Positions 40,467 to 53,800 of a DNA stretch of 64,000 nucleotides are shown here, piece by piece; the stretch's first letter is position 1; every line of letters starts with the position of its first letter. The stretch comes from Octopus vulgaris (Eukaryota). The stretch lies in the NCBI GenBank assembly GCA_951406725.2, contig OX597839.1, positions 29,264,001 through 29,328,000 on the forward strand. Reading direction: 5' to 3'. The notes below the pieces were generated by a model. The model ran no database searches. It saw only the letters and a list, made by a program, of their open reading frames with translations, and had not been told where the DNA came from. Made by a program: the position numbers and the translations under genes.

Positions 40467-40519
<53 letters not shown>

Positions 40520-40605
40520 AGAATTCACGAAAAAAACAAAAGACAAAGACAGGTGGTGTACAAAACAAACAGATGTATTAGCATAACGCTCAGGAATTGA
40601 AAAAG

Positions 40606-40643
40606 TCTTTTACGTTTCGAGCCTATGCTCTTCCACAGAAAGA
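40606..40643 (-). ncRNA. Minimal hammerhead motif, variant core (CUGUGGA)
   Basis: Minus strand: ucuuu-CUGUGGA-a-gagc-auag-gcuc-GAAAC-GUA-aaaga. Same repeat family as 20295-20508 (shared gtatta..acgctca context); A6 replaced by U. Confidence 0.62.
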
Positions 40644-41455
40644 AACAAGGAGAGAAAAAAAATGTGTGTAGTGGCAACCTATCATGGTGACTGTACACAC
40701 AGAAACACACACATATATATGTATACCTATCTATCTATTAATAAAGACCCCTTTCAGTTGAATGACTATTAGATTGTACCCCTGAGGCACAAATCTGGGC
40801 AATATTGTTTGTGAAAGACCTGCAATCACCCATGCATACAAGTCTCCTCTCTCCACACCATCAATGTTGTCCAAGGGAAAGGCAAAGGGACCGATACAGG
40901 CTTGGCACCAGCGATGTTGCAACTCATTTTTACAGCTGAGTTGGAGCAACATGAAATAAAGTGTCTTGCTCGAGAACACAACACGCAGCCCAGTTCAGGA
41001 ATCGAACTCACAACCTCACAAAAGGGTGATGCTCAGACAAATGAGAGATGTACCCTCACGGATATATCCTGCAGAAAATTGGATAGGAATGACACCTTTT
41101 GTAACATGGTGATACTCAATTAGAACAGTTACACAAAGGAAACACACACACACACACAATAACTGGGAGGATAAGTAAAATCTGGGCAATCACCTCACTG
41201 GAAGTGATGCCTGAGGAAGTGAAAGATCAGTAACGTTATTACGTATATTGCATAACTTTATATGTAGTATGCCAGGTCATAAACAACATTCGTTTATGGA
41301 AACGATCATAACATTAAATTGACTTCTCTTTTTCTCAATGAAATTACATACATATATACACACACACACTGGTATCAAAGTAGGCTTGCAAGTGCTACTA
41401 ATTTGTGTAGTTGAAACACGTGTAGGTCAATGCAAAGCTGTACACACACACATAC

Positions 41456-41495
<40 letters not shown>

Positions 41496-41717
41496 GTATG
41501 TGTGTGCGCGCGCACATACTCACAGGTACATCCATACAGAAATACAAGTATATATGTAGATATGTGTGTGTGTATATATATATATATATACATACACACA
41601 CATGCAAATTTATTCTTACAAATATGGATATATAGATACATATACACACATATATATAATGAAATTATTGTATACAGTTGCTCAGGTGCACCACAAATTT
41701 GCATGTTTGTGTGTGTG

Positions 41718-41774
<57 letters not shown>

Positions 41775-42497
41775 GTGTACATATATACTTGTATATTTAC
41801 ATTCAAATAGATATATACTGACATATATGAGTGCGTGTATACATACGTATATACATATATATATATACACACATATATACAGGAAAATATGTATATAATG
41901 AATACTTATATTTATAAAAAGGATATATATATATACATATGTATATAAAATGTATACTTATATATATATATATATATATGCTGACGTCGTCTATATATGT
42001 ACATAATGTACACAAATACATACACAAACATCTCTAATATAAATAGATATATATATGCTAACGTCGTCTATATATGTATATAATATACACACATATACAT
42101 AAACATTTCTCTAATATATATATACATTTATATACATATATATATATACATTTATATATATATATATATATATATACATATGCATACACATTTATGCTAA
42201 CGTCGTCTCTATATGTATATAATGTACACACAATACATACACAAACATCTCTCTCTAATATATATATGATGATACACACACACACACACACACACACCTG
42301 TATGTAAATACGTGTTTCTCTCCTTCACACACACAGCCATATACAATGGCATCGCTGCTCCTTCCTACATTTTCTCCTTCTTTCATTCATTCGAGTCGTT
42401 CGGTTTCCAACGCGGACATCTTTTATTGCAGATGGATAACGATGAAGAGAGTGGAATGGTGAAGGTTTGAATTGACATAATTAGATGGAATCGAAAA

Positions 42498-42548
<51 letters not shown>

Positions 42549-44379
42549 TAGATAGAGATAGAGAGAGAGAGAGGCTGAAAGAGAGAGGAATGTGAGATGG
42601 ATAAAATAAGAAATTTGTTTTTAGAAATTAATAATTAAAGAAATATAAGATGAAATAAGAGGGAAACAAGAAAGATTTCGAGACACCAGAGACGAGAAAA
42701 GGTGACGAGAACATGGATACTACACATCTACCTATCTGTCTGTCTATCTATCTATCCATCTATCTAGCTGTCTATCTATCTATCTATCTGTCTGTCTCTC
42801 TCTCTCTCTATCTATCTATGTCTATCTACCTATCTGTCTACCTATCTGTATCTATCTATCACTATCTATCTATCAATAGATACCTACATATGTGTGTGTC
42901 TACGTATGTGTATGTATGTATGTACGTGTGTACGTATGTATGTGTGTGTGTGTATGATGTATGTATGTATGTATGTATGTATGTATGTATGTATGTATGT
43001 ATGTACGTGTGTGTGTGTGCATGTCTATTGTTTGGTGTGAAGTCAGTTGTGATGGAGCAGACATTATCAAATAATATTCAGGTCGTGACAGACATCTCTT
43101 CTTGGAATGTCTGTCTAAGACTAACACTCACCCAATGTACCCTTCGTTCCGTTTTTATAATTTATGGCGGGAGGGTAGTGAGATTAGAGGGGCAAAGAAA
43201 GCGAAGGAGGTTTAACTGTTATTTCTAGCATAGCTCTCCGTTCCTCATCATTTGCCTCGCATCACAAATAAATCGAAGGAGTTTATTATATAACCAAGAC
43301 GCAATGAATGAAATGTCCAACCGCCCCCCCCCCGGTCTCTCTTCAGAAGAATAATGAATAAAACAACGATGAGACTAATGACCACAGTGACTGATGATCA
43401 TTAGATTTTTCACTTCGATTTATTTCAGTCATTCGACCTCTGCCATACTGGAGCACCACCTCGAAGATTTCTAATCAAACAAAACGACACGGTACTTTGT
43501 TTTTTTTTAAAGCGTCATACTGACTCCATCAACTGTTTTGCCGAACTGCTCAGTTTACGGGAGCGTAAATAAACCAACACCGGTTATCACGAGATGCACA
43601 CACACACACACATATATACACGACGGGCTTCTTTCGCTTTCAGTCGACCAAATCCAGTGACAATGCCTAATTCTATAGTAGAAGACATAGAAGGTGCTAC
43701 GCGGTGGGATTGAACCCGGAACCATGTGGTAGACGAAAGACGAAAGAGTAAAAAAACTAAAATAACAAAAAAGCTAAGAAGACCAAATATTATGGTGCTT
43801 GTATTTATTTAGTTGGTAAAATATGACAATCTGCGAGCAAAACAATGTATATATATAGAGAGAGACACATACGTATATATGGAGTCAAGTCTATGTCCGG
43901 TCATAGAGTAAGAAAACGGTTAGCTTCATGGACAGCAGGTCACTGCGAAGCCGAGGGAACATACACACACACACACACATACATATACACACATACACAT
44001 ATATATATATACATACACACATATATATATATACATACACATATATATATATACATACACATATATATAAACATATATATATAACATATATATATACATA
44101 CATATATACACACACACACATATATATAAACACATATATATACATATATATATACACACACATATATATATATATACACATATATATATATATACACACA
44201 CACACACATATATATATATACATAAACTTTTTTTATTTTTTCTAGTTTCAGCTCAGAGCTGCGGCCATGCTGACACATATACATAAACATATATATACAA
44301 ACACATACATATATATACATACATACATATGTACATACACATACACACACATATACACATATCTATATCTATCTATCTA

Positions 44380-44410
<31 letters not shown>

Positions 44411-44835
44411 TTATCTCGAGGTGAAAAGACCGAACATGAGACAAGCTGCCGATTCTCACTCACGTCTCACTACCTTCCACCGGGTTCGAACTCGAAAACG
44501 ACGAAGTAAAAAATAAAGAAAGAAAAAAAGAAAAGAAAAGAAAATCCATCGATATACAATAACAACCAACAACAATAAACATCGCCCATAATTATAAATT
44601 AGCTTTAATGAGGATATATTTAACTTAAAAAATAACAATAATAAATTGTGTTTTTATAACCGTCGTCATCTGCATTAATGACGGTGGGAAATGTATCTGC
44701 CACTATATACACTATATACACCCACACCGAATGAACACATTTGATAGCATAGAAATAAACACACAGAATGTGCACTGACACACACATATATATACATACA
44801 TACATATATATATATACGTATACATATATATATAT

Positions 44836-44919
<84 letters not shown>

Positions 44920-45648
44920 GTATGTACGTATGTATGTATGTATGTATGTAGATATATATATATGTATGTATGTATATATATATATATGTATGTATATATA
45001 TATATACATACATACATATACATACATATACATACATACATATACATACATATATATATATATACGTATACATATAGCAATAATACAATAATATATATAT
45101 ATTTATATATATATATATTTATTTATACATATTACGAATAATACGTATTTATATACATATTTGTTTATATATATATATATATACATGTATACATAAACAA
45201 ACGTGAGGAAGTATACATATTTGTGTGAGTGTGTGCAAGGCAGAAGAGGAAGCAATCCGTTATGGAAGTCTATAGCAATGCAGATCGAACATTAAATATC
45301 GATAACGGCAAATATATTGAAAGGTTGTATCGGAAATACTCTGTGTGTGTGTGTATATTTCATCAAAGAAGGCGAAAGCTATCTCTCCTCCATACATCCA
45401 TAAAGTACACAAGAATATATGTACACACACACACGCATATATATTATACACACACGCATATATATTATACACACATACATATGTATACATACACACACAT
45501 ATACACTAACACAACACAGAAGTATGTTTGTGTGTAGATATATGTGCGCGACAAATAGCCAACTGTACACTTACATGTATGTATATGTATGTATGTATGT
45601 ATATATATGTATGTATGTATATTATATATATATATATATGTCTATATA

Positions 45649-45687
<39 letters not shown>

Positions 45688-46682
45688 GCAGCCACATGTG
45701 TATATATGCAGATGTTTATTGCTACATGTGTATGTGTGGGTGTTGATTTATGAGTATGGTACAATGTAAATACATGACTATATATATATATTAGATGTAA
45801 ATAGGTGTGTATAAGATTTATGTGTGGCAACATAATGTTGCTGTATGTATGATTATATACGTTGATGTGTGATATCAATATAAGCGTATATGTAAACGCA
45901 TGTGTGTATAGTAGGAAGGGAAGTGTGTACAGTGCATGTGTGTATATATATTATATAGATAGATATAAATAAAAGGGGTGTGTGTATTTGATGAGCGTTT
46001 ATACGTTGATTGTAGACACATGGGTGTGTGCGGGTGTATATGTCAGATGTTGTTGGCGTGTTTATACACGCATGTATATGTGTAGATAGAGGGATGTATA
46101 TAGTATACGACTGTGGACATAGATGTACCTAAAGAATACGATAGACGCGTGTATGTATATATATATATATATACACACAGCATATGATAGGCGAATGTAT
46201 ACATGTACAATGTATACGGCAGATACGAACATACAGATGTATATATTATTGTATACGGCAAATGTGTGTATATGTATGAATGTAATGCATGTATAGATGG
46301 ATATATTGTGAACGGTGTAGACGTGTATACAGTACACAATAGATGTGTGCGTAGAAAATGTGTATATATATATATCATGTACATATATTTGTGCGTGTAA
46401 ATGTATGTTTAGTTTGATGTGCACCCACCCACACACATGCATGTATAAAGATGATTATACATTTGTGTTTATGTACATCATATATGTACGTATTTACGGA
46501 TATATATATATATATACATGTCTGTTATTGAACGTTGTGTATAGATATTTTGAAATGTGCGTAGATACGGACATAGGAACGAGTGTATAAAGGAAGCGGT
46601 TGTATTATGTGTGTAGAATAAATATATATACATATTTTAAAATAGACATATATTTGCGAGCGTGTATATGTGAATTTGTTTG

Positions 46683-46718
<36 letters not shown>

Positions 46719-47418
46719 AAAATAAATATATCTCTGAATGGATATATTCGTGTGTCGTACGATGATGTATACACACATATATACACATATGTACGCACAT
46801 ACGGACAATTTACACAACAGCTATATATAAATATATACACATACATATGTATGAATGTATGAAAAGACGTTTGTGTTGTACGACTTATATACACACATAT
46901 ATATATATATATGTAGATATATATGTATATACATATATATACATACATCGTACATATTTCAGTGGTAGGCGCATTTTACACATACATTCCTACATATAAG
47001 TAAATATATACGCAGGAACAGATGTATTAGTGTGTTGTACGATGATGTATACATGTATACAAATGTATATTTTTAAATATACGCACATACGGACGTTTTA
47101 TACACACCTAAATAAATACACAGATATGCGTGTGTGTACGCGCGTATGTATGGATGTGTGTGTACGTATGTATATGTGTGTGTGTGAATGTGTTTGTATG
47201 TATGTATGTGTTTGTTGTGTGTGTGTGTGCGCGTACGCGCGTATGTGTGCGCGTATGTGTGTGTGTGAATGTGTTTGTATGGATGTGTGTGTGTGTGTGT
47301 GCGATGGGTAAAGAAAAAGGAAGAGCAAGAAGGAATGAAAGACAGGAAGAACAGCAACAAGAACAAGAAGAAGAAGAAGAACGATTAGTGTGGTTAATGA
47401 ATGAATGGTGGTGCTTAC

Positions 47419-47531
47419 CTGGGGTCGGGCAGAACAATTTTCTTGCTCGCTCTGGCGGCCGGAGAAGACTTGCTCTTCTCCATGGCCATAAGATAGCTGA
47501 CATCGGCGAGAACAGCTTCCAAATCCGCCAT
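47419..47531 (-). CDS. GRK2: GRK2/3-type G-protein-coupled receptor kinase (beta-ARK/Gprk1-like; cephalopod rhodopsin-kinase family), coding exon 1
   Basis: Minus strand ATG at 47531 in context AAAG-ATG-G reads [37 protein letters not shown](S), the highly conserved N-terminus of GRK2/3 kinases. It is 113 nt and ends at CCCAG|GTAAGC (donor GT at 47418-47417). Too short to appear in the ORF track. Confidence 0.97.
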
Positions 47532-47720
47532 CTTTGTTTAGTAGAATCAGAAAGAAAAGGGATTTCGTCCTCCTCGTCCTCCTTCTCCTTCTTTCTCCTT
47601 CTTCTTTCTTCTTTCCACAAGGAATCCTCCTCCTCCTCCTCGCACAAACACCACACACCTTTTCTCTTCTCTAAACCCCTTCGATTACTACAAATCCAGA
47701 TCAATTCACTCCGGCTTTAC
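47532..47720 (-). other. Probable proximal 5' UTR of the GRK transcript
   Basis: Unique, purine-rich (on minus strand) sequence directly upstream of the ATG, before microsatellite begins at ~47720. The transcription start is not identifiable. Confidence 0.55.
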
Positions 47721-48809
47721 CCTCTCTCTCTCTCTTCTCTCTCCTATATATATATATATATGAAAGCGTGTGTGTGTGTGTGTAAATATATATATATATG
47801 TATATATATATTATATATATGTGTATATGTATGTATGTATATATATGTGTGTATATGTATATATATGTATGTATATTTTGCCCGATCTCTGTTATTTTAT
47901 GTGTGTGTAGTTTACATATATATATATATGTTTATTTGTATGGGTGTGTATATAAATATGTGTGTATGTGTGTGTGTATGTAGGTTTTTCCTATGTGTAT
48001 ATATATGTAATATATACTGTATTATCAGATATATATATACATGTATATTTCACTTGTTATTTAATATTTTTTTTACATGTATATATACAATACATGTGTA
48101 TGTAAATATATATTTGTAAATAAATATGTGTGCGCGTGCGTGTTATTTTGTTATTTTCCTCTGCTTGTTGTTGTTATTATTATTATTGGAGATAATAATA
48201 ATAATAAAAATAGTAAAATAGTAATATTATTTTCTTGGTATCATTTCAAATTCAAAATATGTAATAAAATGATAAACGTTTTGTTTCAAAAAAAGAAAGA
48301 TCTGTTGATATCCCGTGTATATATATATATATATTTTATATATGTATATATATGGATTTATCTCTTTTTTTTTTTATTATTTTGCTCCTTTTCCTCTTGT
48401 CACTCAACTTTCCTTTTCACATAAGACATATATATATATATATACATATATATTTTATATATACATGCAGTCGCGATCGTCTCAGCAATTAATTTTCCTC
48501 GTTGTATATAGTCACCTTGACGTGAGTGTATAAATATATGTGTACATCTACATACATATATTCATAACTGTATATAAATATATATCATTTATATAATTGG
48601 TTTCCCTTATGTGTATATAGGCATGTCTGTGCAACTATGCTCTATACATACCATATACATAGATGTTATATATACATGTATATGTATGTATATATACACA
48701 TATATATATGGTTTATGTATGTATATATGGGTTGCTTTTTTTTGTATTCTTTCGTCCTTGTTTTGTGTGTATAATATTATGTTGTCTATTTACAGTGTGT
48801 ATATAATAT

Positions 48810-48985
48810 AATCGGGGGGCCGCCCGCTCACTCACTCGCTCACTCGGACCTACGGAGTGAGCGTGTGTCTGCGTGAGTGAGAACCGTGATATGCTTTTTG
48901 TCTCCGTTAGCGACGCATAACACAACCAACAAAAACCCCACCAAAAAGCGAGTTTGTCTTTTGCCCCCACCGCCTTACTCTCTCT
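48810..48985 (-). promoter_or_regulatory. Candidate promoter/TSS region of the GRK gene
   Basis: Locally GC- and CpG-rich unique island (GGGCGG and GGCGGTGGGG GC-box-like motifs on minus strand) ~1.3 kb upstream of the ATG, between AT-rich microsatellite and a long CT-rich tract. Confidence 0.4.
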
Positions 48986-49624
48986 TACTCTCACTCTTTC
49001 CCCCTCTTTCTCTAGTCCATCACTATCACTCTTCGTCACTCACTCATTCCACTACCGCAACTTCAACACTAAAACTCTCCTCTCTCCTTCTCCCCCTCTC
49101 TTATCGTCTTTCTCCTCTTCCCTCTGACTTATTTTCCCTCTCTCTCTTAAGTACACACACACTACTTCTCTTTCTCTCCTTCTCTTCACTGTCACTTTTA
49201 TCCTTATCTCACACATACACACTTTCTCTTTTCGCTTACCACTCTCACACTTTCTCTTTTCGCTTACCACTCTCACTCTTTCTCTTTTTGCTTACCACTC
49301 TCACTCTTTCTCTCTACTTCCTTTTCCTCACTGCTTTTAACCCTTACTCGTTCACTTTACCTTCTTATCTTTATCTTGTCCTTCTTTCTCTTTTTCCCTC
49401 TCTTCCTCCTCTTACTCTCACTCCATTTTACCTCAGACGTTTTGTCTTGTCCCTCTCTCCCACTCTCTCTTTAACTCTTATTCTGTCTCTCTTACCTTCT
49501 CAACCGTTTTTATCTTGTCCCTCCCTTTCTCTCTCTCTAACTCTTATTCTATCACTTTCACCGTAGCCGTTTTTATCTTGCCCCTCCTTCTCTCTGTCTC
49601 ATTAACTCTTTCTCTGTCTCTTTC

Positions 49625-49662
<38 letters not shown>

Positions 49663-50651
49663 AATACACAGATGTTCATATATATTCATACATTCAAACA
49701 TATTATACATACATAAATATATACATACATTCATTCATACATAGATACATACGTCCATATTTCAAACTCTTTATCACTCCATCCTGTCCCTCTCCGTTTT
49801 TTTTCTCTACCCATCCTCTTCCTTCCCCCATTTATTTGTTTCTCCCTCCTCTATCTCTTCACTTCCTCATCTTCTCTCTCCTTGTCTCTCCCTGCATCTC
49901 TCTCTCTCTCCTTTCCTCCATCTCCTCCTTATCTTTTCCTCAAACTACTGTAATGTCTTTCCACTCTGCACAAACCGTTGACTGCTGTCGCTGCCGCCGA
50001 TGCTGTTGCTTCTTCTGCTAACCATGACGATGATGATGATGATGATGATGATGATGTTACTGTTGCTGCGCTGCTGCCGCTACTGCTACCCTTGCCGCCG
50101 GTGCTGTTGCTTTTCCTCTCACACACACACACACACACACACTTTCTCTCTTTCTCCCGCGTTGTCTCTCCTCTCTCTCTATATATATGCTCGCTTTTTT
50201 CTCTCTATATCTGTAAGACTCTCCTCATACTTCTTCTCTCTCTATCTGTCTATCTCTCTTTCTCTATACGTCTGTCTTTCTTTATGTCTCTCTTTTCTAT
50301 GTATTTATTGGTCTTACTACTTCTTTTTCTATTTCATTATTAGTCTCTCCTCTCTCTCTATATCTGTCTATTTCTTCCCGTCTGTCTTCTCTCTCAGTAT
50401 GTGTTTATTTCTCCTATTTGTCTCTCCTCTTTCTCTCTCTATCTGACTCTCCTTCTCTCTATTTTTCTAACTGTCTCTTCTATCTCTCTTTCTTTATGTA
50501 TCTCTCTCTCTCTTTCATTTGCCTCTGCTTCTCTATCTCTCTCTCTCCTTACGTCTCTTTTTATATGTCCGTTTGTCTCTCCTCTCCTTTATCTGTCTTT
50601 CTTTTCTTCTCTCTAGTTTGTTTCTCTCTTTCTTTTCCACTCTCTCTATTC

Positions 50652-50683
<32 letters not shown>

Positions 50684-51467
50684 ATTTGTCTCTCCTCTCT
50701 AAATGTCACATCACTTTCTCTCCTCTCTCTTTCTACGTATTTGTCTGTCTCTCCTTTTCCCATCTCACATATGTCCATCTTTCCTCTTATCTTTTACCAT
50801 ATCTGCCAGTCTCTCCTTCCACTTCTCTCTTAGTCTCTCCTCTCTCCTCTTTCCCTGTATTTGTCTTCCATTCTAGATATATGTACTATCTTCCCTCTTC
50901 TCTATATTGCTTCTCTCTTTTCCTCAGTACGTGTCTCTCTTCTTACTCTCCATATATTCATCTTTCTTTATGTCTCTCTCTCTTCTATGTATTTATTGGT
51001 CTTTCTACTTCTTTTTCTATTTCATTATTAGTCTCTCCTCTCTCTATATATATCTGTCTCTTTCTTCCCGTCTCTCTTTCTCTCTCTCTCTGTCTCTCTT
51101 TCCATATAGAAGTGTGTGTGTGTGTGTGGCCATATATATGCGTTTGTGTCTTCCTCTCTTCTTCACCTCACACTATCCTCATCTCTCAACCCCCTCCGCC
51201 CCATTTCTTTTACTTTCGTTCTTTACTTTCTCCTTCATTCACTTTATCACTTTCTTTCTCCCCCTCTCCCTCTCCCTTTTCTTCTTGTCCTTCATTTTTT
51301 TCTCTTTTTCTCTCCATTTTAAGCTATTATTACAGTTTTCCTATTCATCTGTCTTCGCAAATTCCCTCTAATTTTTCCGTCATCTCACTCCGTTTTTTTC
51401 CTTCCCTTGTTGCTTTCTACATCATTTTCCTCTACTGCCTATCTATCCATCTATCTATCTATCTGTA

Positions 51468-51498
<31 letters not shown>

Positions 51499-52107
51499 AT
51501 CTCTCTCTATCTGCCTATCTATCTATCTATCTCTCTATCTATCTAATATATATATATATCCTGTTACATATTCTTATCTTCTCTTCCTTGTTTATCATCT
51601 CCCTTCAAATCTCCCTCTCTTTCTCCCCCCTTCTCTCTCTCATTCTATCTGTTTATTTTGTTTCGGTTCTCCATTTCCCTCCCTTTCTCACTCCTAGTCT
51701 TTCACTCCTCCCTTTTCCCTTCTATATCACTCTCACTTTTCCCTTCTCTCACACCACTACTCCGACGACCTCTACCGTGTCCCTTGTGAGGCTGGCTGTT
51801 GCTGTTGCTGCTGCTGACTTGTGCCGCCGTCGCTGCTGCTGCTGCTGCGGTTGTTTATTTTAACCCTAGTCCAGCTCTTATTAAGCAAACATGATCAAAT
51901 GGCACTTCAACCGTGACCACCTCGTCTATAATTCTGTTTTTTTTTTTTTCATATGTTGTATATATGAAAAGGACCAGATCTTGGTTAAAAAAGACCTGCG
52001 CTGAAAATATTCCTTCGACCACCTCGTCTTGTTTTTAAGAATAATGTCTCTAGGCCTACACTATTCAATGTAATCTTTAAAATAATATATATATATATAT
52101 AATATAC

Positions 52108-52138
<31 letters not shown>

Positions 52139-53527
52139 ATTTGAGGTATTTAGCTGCTATTTTCTAGCAAGTGGAATGACCACATAGAAGTCCCTTCATC
52201 GTGATGGCCTGTCACAACATCTGTTTGTTTAGCTCCTGGTCAGCTCCGATCGAGCAGATCTAAGATCAAAGTGTATTCCAGCCGTGACTATCCCATCATA
52301 TTGTTTGGCTGTTTTATTCAAGCATTGTCCATCTAAGACTACCCTATCCAATGTGCATTTCTCTTCTTTTAAGATACGATATGAAGGAGATTTGGTTTCT
52401 ATTTCTAGCAGGCCGAGCGGATACAGTCATACCACTGATGGAGATGATGTTTAAAACCCAGCTCAGCTCTCATCGAGAAGACCTATGATCAAAAGTCTTC
52501 CATCTGTGACCATCGCGTCCATTTGTCGAATATGTTCTTAAAGAAGCTAACATGTGATTCGAGGGAGATTTAGCTGTTATTTCTAGCATGTCGAGTGACC
52601 ATATAGAAGAGCTCCTTCCTTGGCTCGGCTGTTGTTGGTTTCTACTTGCGTAGAGCTGCTGCCGCTGGTGACGGTGAGGCTGCCTTTTGCCACTTGGCGG
52701 TGACGTTGCCTTATTCTGCTGCTGCTGGTGATGATGGTGATGCGGCCTTGTGCCGCTGCTATTAGTGTTGATGATGATGATGACGCTAAATTGTGCCGCT
52801 GTTGTTGCTGCTGGCGTATACAGCCTTGTGCCGCTGTCACTGTTGCTGCTGCTGCTGCTGATGATGATGATGTTGCCCTGTGTCACTGTTGTTGCTGCCT
52901 TGTGCTGCTGCTGCTGCTGCTGCCCTGTACGGCTGCAGCCGTCGCAGTCATATTGCTCACCTGCTTTTATTGATTCCACTTTCATCGATCCTCTCTCTAA
53001 TTCTGCTGCTTCTACAACTGCCAATTATTCCACTGCATTTCCACTGCTCTGGCTAAAATAACGGTGACAATAACAACACCGTAGAACATTCAACTGCTTT
53101 CCTACTGCACTTAATAATGGATTATTCCTCTATAATTTTCCTCTTTTCCTTACTCACCATTTCTTAGTCTTTCTCTATTTCTCTCTCTCTAGCCTCCCTC
53201 ATTCCCTCTGCCTCTCCCTCTCTCTCTCTCTTGGCCAACTGAGTTCTTTCTCCCTCTCTCCCTTCTCTCTCAAAACCACATAATTCTCTCTTTTTAAGTT
53301 TGTTTTCGCAACTCGTCTCTTCCACATTGATCCTCTTTCTCTCTTCTCTATTATTTGAACTATTCGTGTCCACTATGGTCTCTCTGTCTCTGTCACAGTC
53401 TCTCTTCCCATCCATCCGTCCGTATTTTGTCCCTTCTGTGTTCAGCCCTGCGTGGCCAATAAAGAAACATATCTATCTATCTGTATATCTATCTATCTAC
53501 CTATCTATCTAGCTATCCATCAATCTG

Positions 53528-53586
<59 letters not shown>

Positions 53587-53587
53587 G

Positions 53588-53623
<36 letters not shown>

Positions 53624-53800
53624 GCTATCCATCAATCTGTCTATCTATCTATCTATCTATCTATCCAAGTCGCATACATATCCTTTTATTTCGCATGCTT
53701 TCTCTGGGATTCTATCTCACCTAACCCGAATGTCTCTCTGTCCATCTGCCTCTGTCTTTCTGTTCCCCACACTCGCACTTTTAAACTTTTTCTTTTACTC
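48980..53800. repeat. Long CT-rich low-complexity tract with (CT)n, (TATC)n, (CTG)n and (GAT)n
   Basis: Strong pyrimidine bias on the plus strand; internal duplication 50275-50385 vs 50961-51075. Confidence 0.85.
51850..52630 (+). repeat. Tandem copies of an unclassified interspersed repeat (family F)
   Basis: tgttt..cagctc..gagcagacctatgatcaaa..ttccagccgtgacca and gatttagctgctatttctagca blocks recur three times. Dispersed copies at ~6270-6580, 22170, 28560, 43210 and 54215-54420. Confidence 0.6.

Larger units (their letters stand above)
9995..47418 (-). other. Intron 1 of the GRK gene (37,424 bp, GT-AG)
   Basis: Bounded by the exon 1 donor and the exon 2 acceptor; phases are compatible (AG|C = Ser). 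Confidence 0.88.
43960..48110. repeat. Compound (TA)n/(CA)n/(TG)n/(TATG)n microsatellite field around exon 1
   Basis: Directly visible; the source of the many YI/VC/HT-repeat ORFs. Confidence 0.9.

Noticed and set aside
41205-41255. gatgcCTGAGGA..gcat possible hammerhead
   Set aside because: The GAAA box and stem II are not recoverable; at most a heavily decayed relic.
47130-48119. 329-aa plus-strand ORF, the longest in the track
   Set aside because: Mostly microsatellite; its unique middle is the antisense of GRK exon 1 and its 5' UTR.
52470-53061. Gln/His/Ser-rich 184-aa ORF resembling a transcription-factor low-complexity region
   Set aside because: Built from CTG/GAT triplet repeats, runs into an interspersed repeat, and has no domain or clear splice sites.
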